IMG/VR virus record: IMGVR_UViG_3300027782_000035
DNA: 64,000 bases
Source: a virus
Strand: one strand, 5' to 3'
A program made the translations under genes and the position numbers. Under the pieces are notes generated by a model, which saw nothing but the letters and a program-made list of their open reading frames with translations, was not told the origin of the DNA and did no database searches. This document shows positions 1 to 10,257 of this stretch, piece after piece; within the stretch, counting starts at the first letter, position 1; each line of letters begins with the position of its first letter.

Positions 1-441
1 AGTTCCATCTTCTCTAATAGCAGCACTTGTATAATAACTATGAGCTGCTTGAATCCATTTATAGTTTACAGTGTCGTATGGATTAATTGGCGTTCTTTGT
101 CTACTAACTACGGTGTAATTTCCAATCTGCCCTTGCGACCCTCTTCCCCATATCCACAATTTTCCAGAATAGTCTATAGCCATTCCTGTACGCGAATAAC
201 CATTGCTAGTTGAAAAACGACTATACCTACCAGCAGGATGATAGATTCTTTTAGGCCATGATGCTGAAAACGTACCCGAACCGAAAGACGAGCCTTCTGC
301 GCCATCAATGCTATAACCCCACACCCACAAGTATGTAGGAATGTTTAAAGATGCGTAGTTATCCATCAGATATGCTTTAGAAACATATCTATCCTGCAGC
401 GCAGCGTCGTTAATTGTATAACCTAATTTTCCTAATGGCAT
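1..441 (-). CDS. RCC1/BLIP-II-like repeat protein (5' part; runs off the window), probable tail-associated beta-propeller
   Basis: Not in the ORF track. ATG at 441, immediately after the stop of 443..2275. Reads MPLGKLGYTINDAALQDRYVSKAYLMDNY...LWVWG...GMAIDYSGKLWIWGRGSQGQIG...SAAIREDGT, with RCC1-type 'AIxxxGxLWxWG' repeats. Confidence 0.75.
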   Translation of the reverse strand, partial: MPLGKLGYTINDAALQDRYVSKAYLMDNYASLNIPTYLWVWGYSIDGAEGSSFGSGTFSASWPKRIYHPAGRYSRFSTSNGYSRTGMAIDYSGKLWIWGRGSQGQIGNYTVVSRQRTPINPYDTVNYKWIQAAHSYYTSAAIREDGT

Positions 442-442
442 A

Positions 443-2275
443 TTAAATTTTTTCTATTAGATGATGACCTTGAAATGAATGTGATATACTCAAGAATTTT
501 TTATATTGATTATTAGTGGCGTAAAGACCATTGGCGCCGGCACCACCAATCTGTCCGCCAGATGAAGTTATATAACCTGGATTAAGTTTAACACTTTGTC
601 TAACATCAAAATAATATTTTACATAGTTTGGATCTGGCCAAACACCCCATATGTAAATACTGCCGTCATCTTTTAACCCAAGATAAGATGCATCATGAAG
701 AGTGGTGTTTGTATAAGTGCTATTATGTATATAAAGAGATTCGCTCGAATAATTTTTATAAACTATATCCATCCATCCCTGATGTCCAGATACTTCTTTA
801 AATCCTGTTTCAAGTGGAGGTTTTATAACATTTATCTGATTAGTCTTAGTGCGATAGTTTATTTGATTTATTGGAGGATAGGAGTATAAATTTAAATCTT
901 CTTCAACTATAAAAGAACCCAAACCTGTAGTTAAGGTTGTAGTAATTGCGTTGCTGCCCTGTAGCGTGTATCTAAAAGTCGTAGCACTCAACACAGTAAT
1001 AGCTATTGGATCATCTATATTTAGCTTCGCTTGCTGAGTACCAACGCACCCAACTACTCTTATTTTTGCGCCAGTAAGCAAAGTTGAAGTACCATTATGA
1101 GTTACTATGGCTGTGCTACCGCCTCCACTAGCCACACTTGTTACGTTTAGTTCAACAAGTGATTTTCTATCGATAGCATTGAACATTAAACTACCATCAG
1201 ACTTTATTATGTAATAACCATCACTTGAAAATGCTTTAGCTCCTACGGGATAAATTGTTAAACCAGTACTTTCAACGGTTTCGCTATAAACGTTAGATGC
1301 GCTAGTTCCAAATGATCCGAACACACCAACATCGCCATTCTTTTTGATACCACACCAATAAGATCCGTTATTAACAATATCTATCCACTCACCAGAATCA
1401 ACTAACACCGGTGTGTACGTATACAATTTACTAGTTCCAAAGATAGGAATAGTTCTTTTATAAGTGAAAGCTCCTACTTCACTAGTGGTACTGATGTTTG
1501 GATATGTTGTGCTAGGTTTTATTGGATACATTCCCCATGCCCATAATGAGCCATCTGCACGTATAGCCATTCCACTTCTATCTAAAGAATCAGTGTATAC
1601 AGAAGCTACAACAGCCTTTTTCCATGGACCGAGTTTATTAAGCTCTGTAGCCTTTGCAAATGTTTTTCTTTCGTCAAATGATGCTGCGGCCGCCGATGTA
1701 TAGTCTGCGTATTTTCCAAGAGTTACTGCAGATGCCGCATCTTCAGTGGTCCCGAAAACTGCTGTAGATTCACCTAACCACACATCGCCATTTTCATCAA
1801 TAGCGCTGAAGTGCATGTTCGCATTCTCGATCATACTTGTATTGTTTACAAATATATCTTTAAACTTTACTGAATATGATGGTCCACCTAATTTTCCGTA
1901 CGTATACCTTGGTGATACACCATCTTCTTTCCAACCATTTTTTTTAAAAATGCCCCAAGTATATGCAGTTCCATCATACTTAAGTCCAATCCTTTCGAAT
2001 ATAGTTGACGCTATTATTTTCTTCCAGCCTGAAGCTGCTGTACCATACGCATTAATTGCATTACCATCAGTAGTATCAATTGCAGTACCTAAAACTGCTA
2101 GTGCAGTGTCTCGGTCAAATACCGCCCCGTCAATTCTTCCATTACTACCGTAAAAATCTCCATAGCCACCGTTAAACCACACACGAGTTTGAGCGTTACT
2201 CTTATCGAGCAATTCATCATATCCTAATGCTAGACTTTCGTCTAAATCGATATTATTAAGTTTAAAACCGCTCAT
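443..2275 (-). CDS. RCC1/BLIP-II-like repeat protein with an inserted beta-rich module
   Basis: Repeats GLKYDGTAYTWG, AIRADGSLWAWG, GIKKNGDVGVFG, GLKDDGSIYIWG; lies in the tail-fibre cluster. Confidence 0.7.
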   Translation of the reverse strand: MSGFKLNNIDLDESLALGYDELLDKSNAQTRVWFNGGYGDFYGSNGRIDGAVFDRDTALAVLGTAIDTTDGNAINAYGTAASGWKKIIASTIFERIGLKYDGTAYTWGIFKKNGWKEDGVSPRYTYGKLGGPSYSVKFKDIFVNNTSMIENANMHFSAIDENGDVWLGESTAVFGTTEDAASAVTLGKYADYTSAAAASFDERKTFAKATELNKLGPWKKAVVASVYTDSLDRSGMAIRADGSLWAWGMYPIKPSTTYPNISTTSEVGAFTYKRTIPIFGTSKLYTYTPVLVDSGEWIDIVNNGSYWCGIKKNGDVGVFGSFGTSASNVYSETVESTGLTIYPVGAKAFSSDGYYIIKSDGSLMFNAIDRKSLVELNVTSVASGGGSTAIVTHNGTSTLLTGAKIRVVGCVGTQQAKLNIDDPIAITVLSATTFRYTLQGSNAITTTLTTGLGSFIVEEDLNLYSYPPINQINYRTKTNQINVIKPPLETGFKEVSGHQGWMDIVYKNYSSESLYIHNSTYTNTTLHDASYLGLKDDGSIYIWGVWPDPNYVKYYFDVRQSVKLNPGYITSSGGQIGGAGANGLYATNNQYKKFLSISHSFQGHHLIEKI

Positions 2276-2315
2276 TTCTTCTCCAATGTGATTTTGCGTT
2301 ACTGACTAACAAAAG

Positions 2316-2756
2316 TTAGTCAGTAGTAGAATATTCTGGCCAAACTATATTCCAAGGATCTTCTTGCTTCGTAATGTCTGCAAGAGATTGCATATATACA
2401 TGCATACTCAGAATGTCTGAATCTGTAAATGGTAATACTAAAGCAGCTTCACGATTATATCGTAAAATTTTCCATTCAAAATCATTCATAATTTTATCTC
2501 GTTGATTACGAATTTCTTGCCATTTGTGTTCATTAGTTACTTGGGCAATATTCCATTTACCAATGCCATCTTCCATAATCCATTCTAAACGCTCTCTGAG
2601 TGAATCATAAGAGGGTGGCTCTTCTATATATCTATACCCAGCATATGCAATATCTTCTTCTGTAAATGTAGAAGAATCAGTTTTGGTCATCCCATTAGAA
2701 AGACGTATTCTATGAGGAAGATCTTTGATAGGATATTCGTTATTGTAGCTGTACAT
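2316..2756 (-). CDS. Tail fibre assembly chaperone-like protein
   Basis: C-terminal WQEIRNQRD...YMQSLADITKQEDPWNIVWP, typical of phage tail-assembly chaperones; follows an adhesin gene. Confidence 0.7.
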   Translation of the reverse strand: MYSYNNEYPIKDLPHRIRLSNGMTKTDSSTFTEEDIAYAGYRYIEEPPSYDSLRERLEWIMEDGIGKWNIAQVTNEHKWQEIRNQRDKIMNDFEWKILRYNREAALVLPFTDSDILSMHVYMQSLADITKQEDPWNIVWPEYSTTD

Positions 2757-2819
2757 ATTTAATCTCTATTAAAGTTTATATTGCTTTTAAGTCCAATGAT
2801 GTTTGAATTTCTAATCATT

Positions 2820-5210
2820 TTATAATTTCTCTATAAGTACTGTTCCATAATATGATGCAACGTTGGCACTGCTTACTATAGCATCAATTCCATTCGTTAC
2901 TGTTGTCGAAGTAGCTGATGTACTCATATATGATGCACCACCACCGCCAGATGAGTAGTTGGTAGTACCACCACCACCTACACCACCAGAATAACCACCG
3001 CCACCACCACCACACACATGAGCACCACCACCACCACCAAAACCACCATTAGCTGCTGGTGAATTGAAGCCACCAGAAGTATTAGTACCTCCTACTAATC
3101 CATTTAACCAAGATTGTCCACCAGTCGTTGTACCATTGGTTGTACCAGTTCCACCATTAGTTAAAAATCCACCGCCACCGCCACCTGCATATGAACTCGT
3201 GCCAGCTGCTCCACCATTTCCTCCCGTAGTAGCAGTTCCAGTACCACCGCCAGATGTAGTAGCTGTAGTAGTGCTTGAAGCACCTTTACCATTTTGACCA
3301 CTACTATAACCAACTCCACTACCACCGCCAGCAATAACTAGAATATCACTATTAGTTGTTCCACCATATTTAACTACCCATGAACCGCCACCACCACCGC
3401 TACCATACTGACTTCCAGATATTCCCATTTGTCCAACTGCAATAGAGAGTTTGTCACCCATCACTAGCGCAAAAGTGCCCTGCATAGTAGCTCCACTACC
3501 AGCTAAAGCAGCAGCGCTATTGCTACCAGTAATTCCTGGAGCACCACCAGCACCTATGGCTGTTATTCTATAATTACCAGACGCAGGAATTGTCCAAATC
3601 TGTATTCCGCCCGTTACAGTAAAATATGCACTATTAGTTAACCATGGATATGTTGCTGTATTATATGCCGTCTGACATTGAGCAAGAGTTGGTCCTATTG
3701 TTGTTCGTAGACCCGTAGTAGTAAAAGTTAAACTAGTAAAAGAAAACAGCACTGGCGGTGGTGTACCAGAAGAAGTATCTGCAACTACAATAGTTGGAGA
3801 TGTTGCTAGTGTGGTTGAACTAAGCAAGGATCCTACTGGTGGTCTTATTGTTAGTGTATATGATTGTGTCCCTTCTGTATAACCATCATTTGCCCATGTC
3901 TTAGTCACAGATGCTGTATTACTAGTGACTGTAAGATTACCTGACATCAAAGCATCTGTAAAATCATAAGTTCCACTATAACTTCCTACTGTGGTATTCA
4001 TAAAATAAGGGAAGACAGTTCCATCTGGAACACCAGTAGTGGTAAGAGTAAATGTTACTGGATCACCTTCGTTTATAGAAGTAGCCGATGCAGCAATAAT
4101 TGGTGTTTGTACAGTATCTGCCACGGAAATTCGTGTTGTTGACCCAGTATACACTAGAGTAGTTGCTACTCCATCTCTATATAAATTTAATCCAAATGAC
4201 TTTGCTCCATCTGTAATATAATCACGACGTGCTGTTCTAGTGATAGTTGCAACACCATTACTACCCGACGCAGATATCGATGCTGTTCCACTCAAGACAC
4301 CATCTGTAAAATCATTGGCAGTCATTGTACCAGTAGTAGTCCAATATATCGTACCGCTAGTTGGACCTCCAGGAAACGTGACAGTAAATGTTACTGAATC
4401 ACCTTCGTTTATAGAAAGAGTAGATTCAGTAACAGTTGGCGTAAGTGAAGTGTCTACTGCAGTGTAAGTCGTAGATGCAAGAAGATACGTATTAGTACTA
4501 TCATATATTGATATCGTGTGGGTTTCATTACCCTCAGTAATCATATCTTGTTTAAGTGCGTATGGAAAAAATGCTGATGTCAAACCTGCTGTATAAGAAA
4601 AAGTACTTTGTGTCAAACCACCTGTATTATCATCTGCAGCATTACTAGATCTCCAATATAAAGTTTGAGTATTCCAGTTAGTGGCACTAAAATTAATATA
4701 CGGAGATGAGCCTTCATTATAAGTAGCTGCTCCCATGCTTACTGTAAATACAGGATTATTAATTGTTATAGTTGAAGATGTAAGTACTATTGGTCCAGAT
4801 GTGCTACCAGTTCTTATTTGTACTTGGAATGCATCGCCTGCTTCACTAGTTCCATCTGCTAATAATGTCTTTGTAAAGGTTCCAGTATTGGATGTTATTG
4901 CAAATGATCCAGTTATAACACTATCTGTAAAATCTCCTGTATTGACAGTGCCACCCACAGAACTTATTGAGTAATAAAGTGTTCCAGAAAGTATACCTTC
5001 AGTTGCTACAACTACAGTAATAGAACTTCCTTCATTTAATGATAATGGTGAAGTAGATGAATTTACAGTAATGCTTGAATATGCTATAGACGCTGGCCAT
5101 GTATTTGTTCTCTTTGATGAAAACGCGTCAAAGCTATCAAACACACCAGAAGCGCTTGTTAAAGAAGGAGTATACGGAAAACTATTAATAATTCCACTAT
5201 TTCTACGCAT
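2820..5210 (-). CDS. Tail adhesin: tandem Calx-beta/Ig-like repeats plus C-terminal glycine-rich domain
   Basis: Four ~100-120 aa repeats starting (S/T)xNEGxx with DxxTEG/D motifs; C-terminal GIQIWTIPASGNYRITAIGAGG followed by GGGGG runs (polyglycine-II type). Confidence 0.7.
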   Translation of the reverse strand: MRRNSGIINSFPYTPSLTSASGVFDSFDAFSSKRTNTWPASIAYSSITVNSSTSPLSLNEGSSITVVVATEGILSGTLYYSISSVGGTVNTGDFTDSVITGSFAITSNTGTFTKTLLADGTSEAGDAFQVQIRTGSTSGPIVLTSSTITINNPVFTVSMGAATYNEGSSPYINFSATNWNTQTLYWRSSNAADDNTGGLTQSTFSYTAGLTSAFFPYALKQDMITEGNETHTISIYDSTNTYLLASTTYTAVDTSLTPTVTESTLSINEGDSVTFTVTFPGGPTSGTIYWTTTGTMTANDFTDGVLSGTASISASGSNGVATITRTARRDYITDGAKSFGLNLYRDGVATTLVYTGSTTRISVADTVQTPIIAASATSINEGDPVTFTLTTTGVPDGTVFPYFMNTTVGSYSGTYDFTDALMSGNLTVTSNTASVTKTWANDGYTEGTQSYTLTIRPPVGSLLSSTTLATSPTIVVADTSSGTPPPVLFSFTSLTFTTTGLRTTIGPTLAQCQTAYNTATYPWLTNSAYFTVTGGIQIWTIPASGNYRITAIGAGGAPGITGSNSAAALAGSGATMQGTFALVMGDKLSIAVGQMGISGSQYGSGGGGGSWVVKYGGTTNSDILVIAGGGSGVGYSSGQNGKGASSTTTATTSGGGTGTATTGGNGGAAGTSSYAGGGGGGFLTNGGTGTTNGTTTGGQSWLNGLVGGTNTSGGFNSPAANGGFGGGGGAHVCGGGGGGYSGGVGGGGTTNYSSGGGGASYMSTSATSTTVTNGIDAIVSSANVASYYGTVLIEKL

Positions 5211-5911
5211 TATACAGTCCCTACTGAAAATCCCATATGAGTAATACTTAAACTATCATATTCAGCTCTTTTACCAAGTACTGTAGCAGCACCTGAGACA
5301 ATGGTTCCTCCAGTAGTAAACCATCCACCATTAGTGTGATTATAAGTTCCATCACCAGGAAGATCTAACACATATAATAATACCCATCCTAAAATTGAGC
5401 TAAATCCCCATACTCTTCCACGACTTACAGTAGCGCCATTACTTGCTCCATTGGTAGTGTTTTCACTACCAAAATACGCATAGCCTGCGGTAGTTGCCCC
5501 ACCATCAAAATCTCCTGTCCCGCCATTGAATCTAAATACAGTCCAATCTAGACCATCAACTGATCCATCACCTTGGATGATATTTACACCAGGTCTTTGC
5601 GTAAAATAGTTATTTGTTGTGATAGGACTATCAGTATATGCTAATGGTGTTATACCACTAAATGAATTGTTCCAATTTGTCGTGCCATCATTACCACTTG
5701 TACCGACAATACCAAAACTAGCAATATAATTTTGCATAGTTCTAGGACCGCTTGGCATAACTAAGTAAGAGAATGCAGTTGCACTAGTAGCGGTGATCGG
5801 AGTGATTGTAGTAATTGGCACACTTTTTGGCGAGTATAATCCAATCACTCCACTAGAAAAGTTAGCAGTGCTACCTACTTTACTATCATAATAGGTGTAT
5901 TTAAACGCCAT
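5210..5911 (-). CDS. Putative tail-tip/adhesin protein
   Basis: Beta-rich, Gly/Thr/Asn-rich ORF coupled to its neighbours; N-terminal SSGVIGL resembles the leaders of adjacent adhesins. Confidence 0.45.
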   Translation of the reverse strand: MAFKYTYYDSKVGSTANFSSGVIGLYSPKSVPITTITPITATSATAFSYLVMPSGPRTMQNYIASFGIVGTSGNDGTTNWNNSFSGITPLAYTDSPITTNNYFTQRPGVNIIQGDGSVDGLDWTVFRFNGGTGDFDGGATTAGYAYFGSENTTNGASNGATVSRGRVWGFSSILGWVLLYVLDLPGDGTYNHTNGGWFTTGGTIVSGAATVLGKRAEYDSLSITHMGFSVGTV

Positions 5912-6276
5912 TAACTTATCTCTTCGTAACTCACCAAGCCATGTAAATAACTATTCACACTGGCAGTTAAACTGATAATATCGCCTTCTTCGAGATAAAT
6001 GCTTGAATCTTTAGAAATTAATACAAGAGTCGCATCATTTGGAACAGCAATTGTGAATGCTAGATTATATGACGTAGTTACAGCTGCTTTATATACTGTT
6101 GCAGTAATATCTGCAGCTGAGACACCATTCACGTTGGCGATTATTAATGAATTTATTTTAAATACCTTACCGCTCGACGCAGCATTGGTAACTATTGCTG
6201 TTGCTGAAGTTGTCACAGCAAGTCCAGCAGACTTTGCTGTAATTGTTGCTACGTTTACTATATTAGGTGCTGCCAT
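5911..6276 (-). CDS. Small fibre adaptor protein (paralogue of 11244..11648)
   Basis: MAAPNIVNVATI...KINSLIIANVNG...LAFTIAVPNDATLVLISKDSSIYLEEGD aligns with 11244..11648. Confidence 0.65.
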   Translation of the reverse strand: MAAPNIVNVATITAKSAGLAVTTSATAIVTNAASSGKVFKINSLIIANVNGVSAADITATVYKAAVTTSYNLAFTIAVPNDATLVLISKDSSIYLEEGDIISLTASVNSYLHGLVSYEEIS

Positions 6277-6279
6277 ATG

Positions 6280-6615
6280 TTATCCTCCAAATACAATTGC
6301 CATGGCAATTGTCTTTCCTGTTGTTACGCCACCACCACCTGGTATTGATGCCCATGTCGCTGTTGTTCCATTAGAAGTTAAAACTTGCGTATTTGCACCA
6401 ATAGGCAATCTTGTTGCGCTGTTAGGTCCATTACCAATGATCAGATCGCCAGTTGTTGTTATTGGATACAGAGTAATCCATGAAGCAATAGTATTATTTA
6501 GATATACTCTTTGCTTAACGATATTAGTACTGGGATCTAACCACATATCACCAGCCTGAGAACCAACTGGTTCTGCCTGACTTGATGTAAATATTGGATA
6601 ATTTCTGGTAGACAT
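6280..6615 (-). CDS. Short fibre/connector protein ending AMAIVFGG
   Basis: PxxxxxGDMW motif and fibre motif TTTGDLI...TRLPIGANTQVLTSNGTTATW. Confidence 0.6.
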   Translation of the reverse strand: MSTRNYPIFTSSQAEPVGSQAGDMWLDPSTNIVKQRVYLNNTIASWITLYPITTTGDLIIGNGPNSATRLPIGANTQVLTSNGTTATWASIPGGGGVTTGKTIAMAIVFGG

Positions 6616-6617
6616 TA

Positions 6618-9461
6618 TTAAGCCTGTGCTTCTGTCCAGCTAAGACGAGCAACTGTCGCTGCAGCACCTGTTAGTGGAGTTACACACACTGTTAAAATAT
6701 CTGGACCATCTGGATACATATTAGTTGCAGTAGTTGGTACAGAAAGTGAAGTACCACCACCAAGAATACTTGTTCCTAAATCTCGCAATTGGCGAAGGTC
6801 AACAGTCTCAAAACCACCTGCAGGTGCAAAGAACGTATAGATGCTCTCTCCACCAGTTATTGATGCGCCAGTTCCATGATTAGAATATTGAGCAAGACTT
6901 GATCCACCCACTGGAACAAAAGCATTTGCAGAACTAGAAACACGACCATTTAAAATAAAGTCAATCTTAACACCAGAACCTGTTGGATATGCACCACAAC
7001 CCATTGGTTGTAATTGCATACGATTAATAACTTCTCTTGCGCCTAGTAAACCAGTTTGGCCATTATCGACTGATGGAGCCAAACGAATACTAAACATTGC
7101 ATATCTTGTACCCGCAGTAGGAAAAGAGACAGGTGCATTTAAACCATAGTTAAATTGTACTGATTTATCATCATCATAACGTCCATCCATAATAACAGAA
7201 GAACCCCAATGGCTGATTGTTGATGCCTGTGCAGGACTATAAGACTCAATAGTAATAGGTGCTGTTGCAGAATATGTAAATGTGGTTGCTGAACCTGTAC
7301 CACCACCAGAAGTAAATCCTTGGCCAGTTAAGTTTACAACATTACGGGTTAACCCTGTAAATGTAGTTGCAGTTTTACCAGTGTAACTAATATATTCAAT
7401 TGCACCAGTTGTATCAACTGCAGCGGAAACTAACAGAGTTCCCGCAGATGGAAACAATGTAGTATCTGCAACAGTCATCGACGCCGTAACACCACTAGTT
7501 AACGTGGCTCCTAAGATAGTTCTAATTGGTAATGTATTGGTTTCATAACGTGCAACTAAGTTACCAGAACGCATATATGCTTCAGTGTTTACGTTATTAT
7601 TTGGAACACGATGGCAGTAAATCACTTCACCACGATTGTTCTTAAATCCAAAACGAACTCCACCAGCACCGTACCATGTATAGTCGATGTAGAACATCTG
7701 CATCTTAGTTAAATCTAAGTTATATAATGATGCACCAGTGCCATCCATTTTATCAATATTCCATTGATTAGTTACACCAGATAAACTTGGTCCAGCATAT
7801 CTTGTGTCAATTGTTTTACTAACCTGACAGTTTGATGAAGTTGTTCCTCTATATTCTGGATAGATGTACAGTTGTGTATCAGAAGTAATAGTTTGAACCA
7901 AATAACTCATACCACGAATAACAATATAATCTCCAGGTTTTAATTGCGAACTAAATTTTGTATTTGTTCCAACAACAGAATTTGAAACATTAGTAACTGC
8001 CACAGCACCAGATGTTTGTGTGGTACTACTTCTCTTTACACAATAAATTGTTTGTCCATCATATTCAAAGAATATACCATTTTGTTGGTCAAATAAACCA
8101 ATACGATTTGAAGAACCATACCATGAATATGGACTTACTGTTAAAGGAAATCCTGTTGCTGGTGATGCAGAAGGTGTAGAAAGAGCAGTATATGTAAATG
8201 TCAATGTCGTTGCGGCACTAGCAACAGTAAATATTCCATTATATGCAGTTTCAGTACAACCAACAACTCTAATCTGAGCACCAACAGCCATACCATGTGG
8301 GAATTTTGATGTAACGGTAACTGTTGTTCCAGAACTGGTTATATTATCAATAGCTAAAGCTGGTTTTAAAATAGAACCAGTAGAGAACTGCATGGCTTTA
8401 CCAGACTGATAGCGGAACTGCCTACGTGTTTGTCTAATAACTTGATAACCATGTTGTGGAGATACGTTGGTAAATTGAACACCACCATCAAATGCACGAT
8501 GTTGAATATAACCCAATGAACGTGCATAAATTGATGCGTTTGACACTGTAGTGATTGTACCTGTTGCAGTACACGCAAACGTAAATGTATTTGTCGTTGG
8601 TGTTGTTGCTACAACCCATGAACTGTTTAGTGTGCCTGTCATACCTGTGGCACCAACAATATAGATACCATCACCAACACGCAACCCATGAGCATAAGTT
8701 GTTGTTACTGTTGCGATTGTGCCACTTAATGATATTGCGTTTGTGGCTGCTGGAATTGCTGCACCAGTAAAGAAGGATCCAGAAAAAACATATGTTTTAC
8801 TTGAATCATAAAGTGTTGCAGCAGGAGTATTTGTAACAGTATATGTGAAACTTACACCAGAGGAAACAGTTTCAACTATCCACCAACCACTCGCATTTGC
8901 ATCATCTAAAGTACCTTGTACAAAAATTGGTGTTCCTGCAACTGGCGGAGTTGTTGTTAATACTGTAACCACTTTAGCAGAAGCAGAGATACCCGTAATA
9001 ACCAATGGTGCAGTTACATCATTAAAAGCAGAAGGGCGATTATTTAATAAATTTAAACCTTCCCACTTTGTTGGTTGTGTACCATATTCAAAGTCAGTAT
9101 CAATCAATGCTTGACCCGTGCTCACACGAAGTTTATCAACAGGATCCCTAAAGGTTTCTGCTGGGATCATTTCTTGATATGTTTCTTCTGTTAGAATTGA
9201 TAACTTATCTCCAGACGACATCGCGGCAGTATTATAAGCAAGAACTATGGTTGTAGTTTCTTGTCCTATAGTTGTATCAATACTTGGAGTGACTGTGGTA
9301 GATGTAGCAAGAGAAGGATCTGAGAAATTATAGATTACTGTACCAAGAGTAGTATTTGTAATCAATAATAATTGCTCTCTTCGAATCGCTTTACCAGTTA
9401 CTACAATAGTTTTCGTAGATGGTGTGAAGGAATATCCTTCTAATATTACATGTTTTGCCAT
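6618..9461 (-). CDS. Large tail/virion structural protein with three small beta-barrel (FCCH-like) repeats
   Basis: Repeats such as TVTTTYAHGLRVGDGIYIVG...TFTF and TVTSKFPHGMAVGAQIRVVG...TFTY; Thr/Ser/Gly-rich. Confidence 0.6.
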   Translation of the reverse strand: MAKHVILEGYSFTPSTKTIVVTGKAIRREQLLLITNTTLGTVIYNFSDPSLATSTTVTPSIDTTIGQETTTIVLAYNTAAMSSGDKLSILTEETYQEMIPAETFRDPVDKLRVSTGQALIDTDFEYGTQPTKWEGLNLLNNRPSAFNDVTAPLVITGISASAKVVTVLTTTPPVAGTPIFVQGTLDDANASGWWIVETVSSGVSFTYTVTNTPAATLYDSSKTYVFSGSFFTGAAIPAATNAISLSGTIATVTTTYAHGLRVGDGIYIVGATGMTGTLNSSWVVATTPTTNTFTFACTATGTITTVSNASIYARSLGYIQHRAFDGGVQFTNVSPQHGYQVIRQTRRQFRYQSGKAMQFSTGSILKPALAIDNITSSGTTVTVTSKFPHGMAVGAQIRVVGCTETAYNGIFTVASAATTLTFTYTALSTPSASPATGFPLTVSPYSWYGSSNRIGLFDQQNGIFFEYDGQTIYCVKRSSTTQTSGAVAVTNVSNSVVGTNTKFSSQLKPGDYIVIRGMSYLVQTITSDTQLYIYPEYRGTTSSNCQVSKTIDTRYAGPSLSGVTNQWNIDKMDGTGASLYNLDLTKMQMFYIDYTWYGAGGVRFGFKNNRGEVIYCHRVPNNNVNTEAYMRSGNLVARYETNTLPIRTILGATLTSGVTASMTVADTTLFPSAGTLLVSAAVDTTGAIEYISYTGKTATTFTGLTRNVVNLTGQGFTSGGGTGSATTFTYSATAPITIESYSPAQASTISHWGSSVIMDGRYDDDKSVQFNYGLNAPVSFPTAGTRYAMFSIRLAPSVDNGQTGLLGAREVINRMQLQPMGCGAYPTGSGVKIDFILNGRVSSSANAFVPVGGSSLAQYSNHGTGASITGGESIYTFFAPAGGFETVDLRQLRDLGTSILGGGTSLSVPTTATNMYPDGPDILTVCVTPLTGAAATVARLSWTEAQA

Positions 9462-9466
9462 TTGTG

Positions 9467-9895
9467 TTAATCTCCTAATGCTATTGTAGTAGCTGAATAT
9501 GGGTATTTTCTTGTTTGTACACTAGACGAGTTATTTATAATCGTCACCGAAGCAGAATCTCCTATTGCTGGTGCGTTGTAAATAATAACATTCGCATCTG
9601 TAGATGTTGCCACTGCTCTAAATCCTCTATGTGAATCATATGGAGTTAACCATGGATACGTTACTTGATTTACATAAGGGGTTAATCTAAGACCATTAAT
9701 AACAACTTCAAGATCCTTTGAATCAGTAAAGTCACTGCTTGTTATATTTGTTTGATCTAATTTTAATGGAAATACGCAGGTTGTAAAATTAAATAAATTT
9801 GAAATATTATTTAGATTTGTAATTTCTATTCTTTTTACAGCACCAGACGCACTTACGTTTGGTGTTAGTAGTGATAGATTTCTGTTAATGGTCAT
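9467..9895 (-). CDS. Putative tail structural protein
   Basis: 142-aa ORF with LEVVINGLRLTP fibre-type motif; late promoter upstream. Confidence 0.55.
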   Translation of the reverse strand: MTINRNLSLLTPNVSASGAVKRIEITNLNNISNLFNFTTCVFPLKLDQTNITSSDFTDSKDLEVVINGLRLTPYVNQVTYPWLTPYDSHRGFRAVATSTDANVIIYNAPAIGDSASVTIINNSSSVQTRKYPYSATTIALGD

Positions 9896-9912
9896 TGTTG
9901 ATCCTTATTATG

Positions 9913-9920
9913 TATTTATA
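9913..9920 (-). promoter_or_regulatory. T4-type late promoter TATAAATA
   Basis: Exact gp55 consensus on - strand, about 18 nt upstream of the 9895 start. Confidence 0.7.
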
Positions 9921-10245
9921 ATAAAGGCGATAATATCTTCCACGAAATAGTGGACTCGTCCCATGTGTAATCATAAACAGAAGCATTTGTTGGAAAGGGA
10001 ACTGGAGCAGTCCACTGACAATCGCTATTTAAAATCCAACTCGGGAATAGTTGTGGAGGTATAAATGCATTTAGAGTTTCATCATAAGTGTATCCAACAC
10101 CTGCATAGTTTTTTCTTGGATTATTGATAGTATCAGTCCAAGTTTCGATCCATCCAGTACCAAACGCACCAGAATTAATAACCTCTTCCGACGCTACAAT
10201 CACATTGGTGACAATTCCATTTTCTACTTTAGCAAATAGTTGCAT
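9916..10245 (-). CDS. Small partner/chaperone of glycine-rich adhesin
   Basis: MQLFAKVENGIVTNVIVA...RKNYAGVGYTYDETLNAFIPPQLFPSW...W; a small-protein type that follows Gly-rich phage genes. Confidence 0.6.
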   Translation of the reverse strand: MQLFAKVENGIVTNVIVASEEVINSGAFGTGWIETWTDTINNPRKNYAGVGYTYDETLNAFIPPQLFPSWILNSDCQWTAPVPFPTNASVYDYTWDESTISWKILSPLL

Positions 10246-10257
10246 TTAAAATACCTT

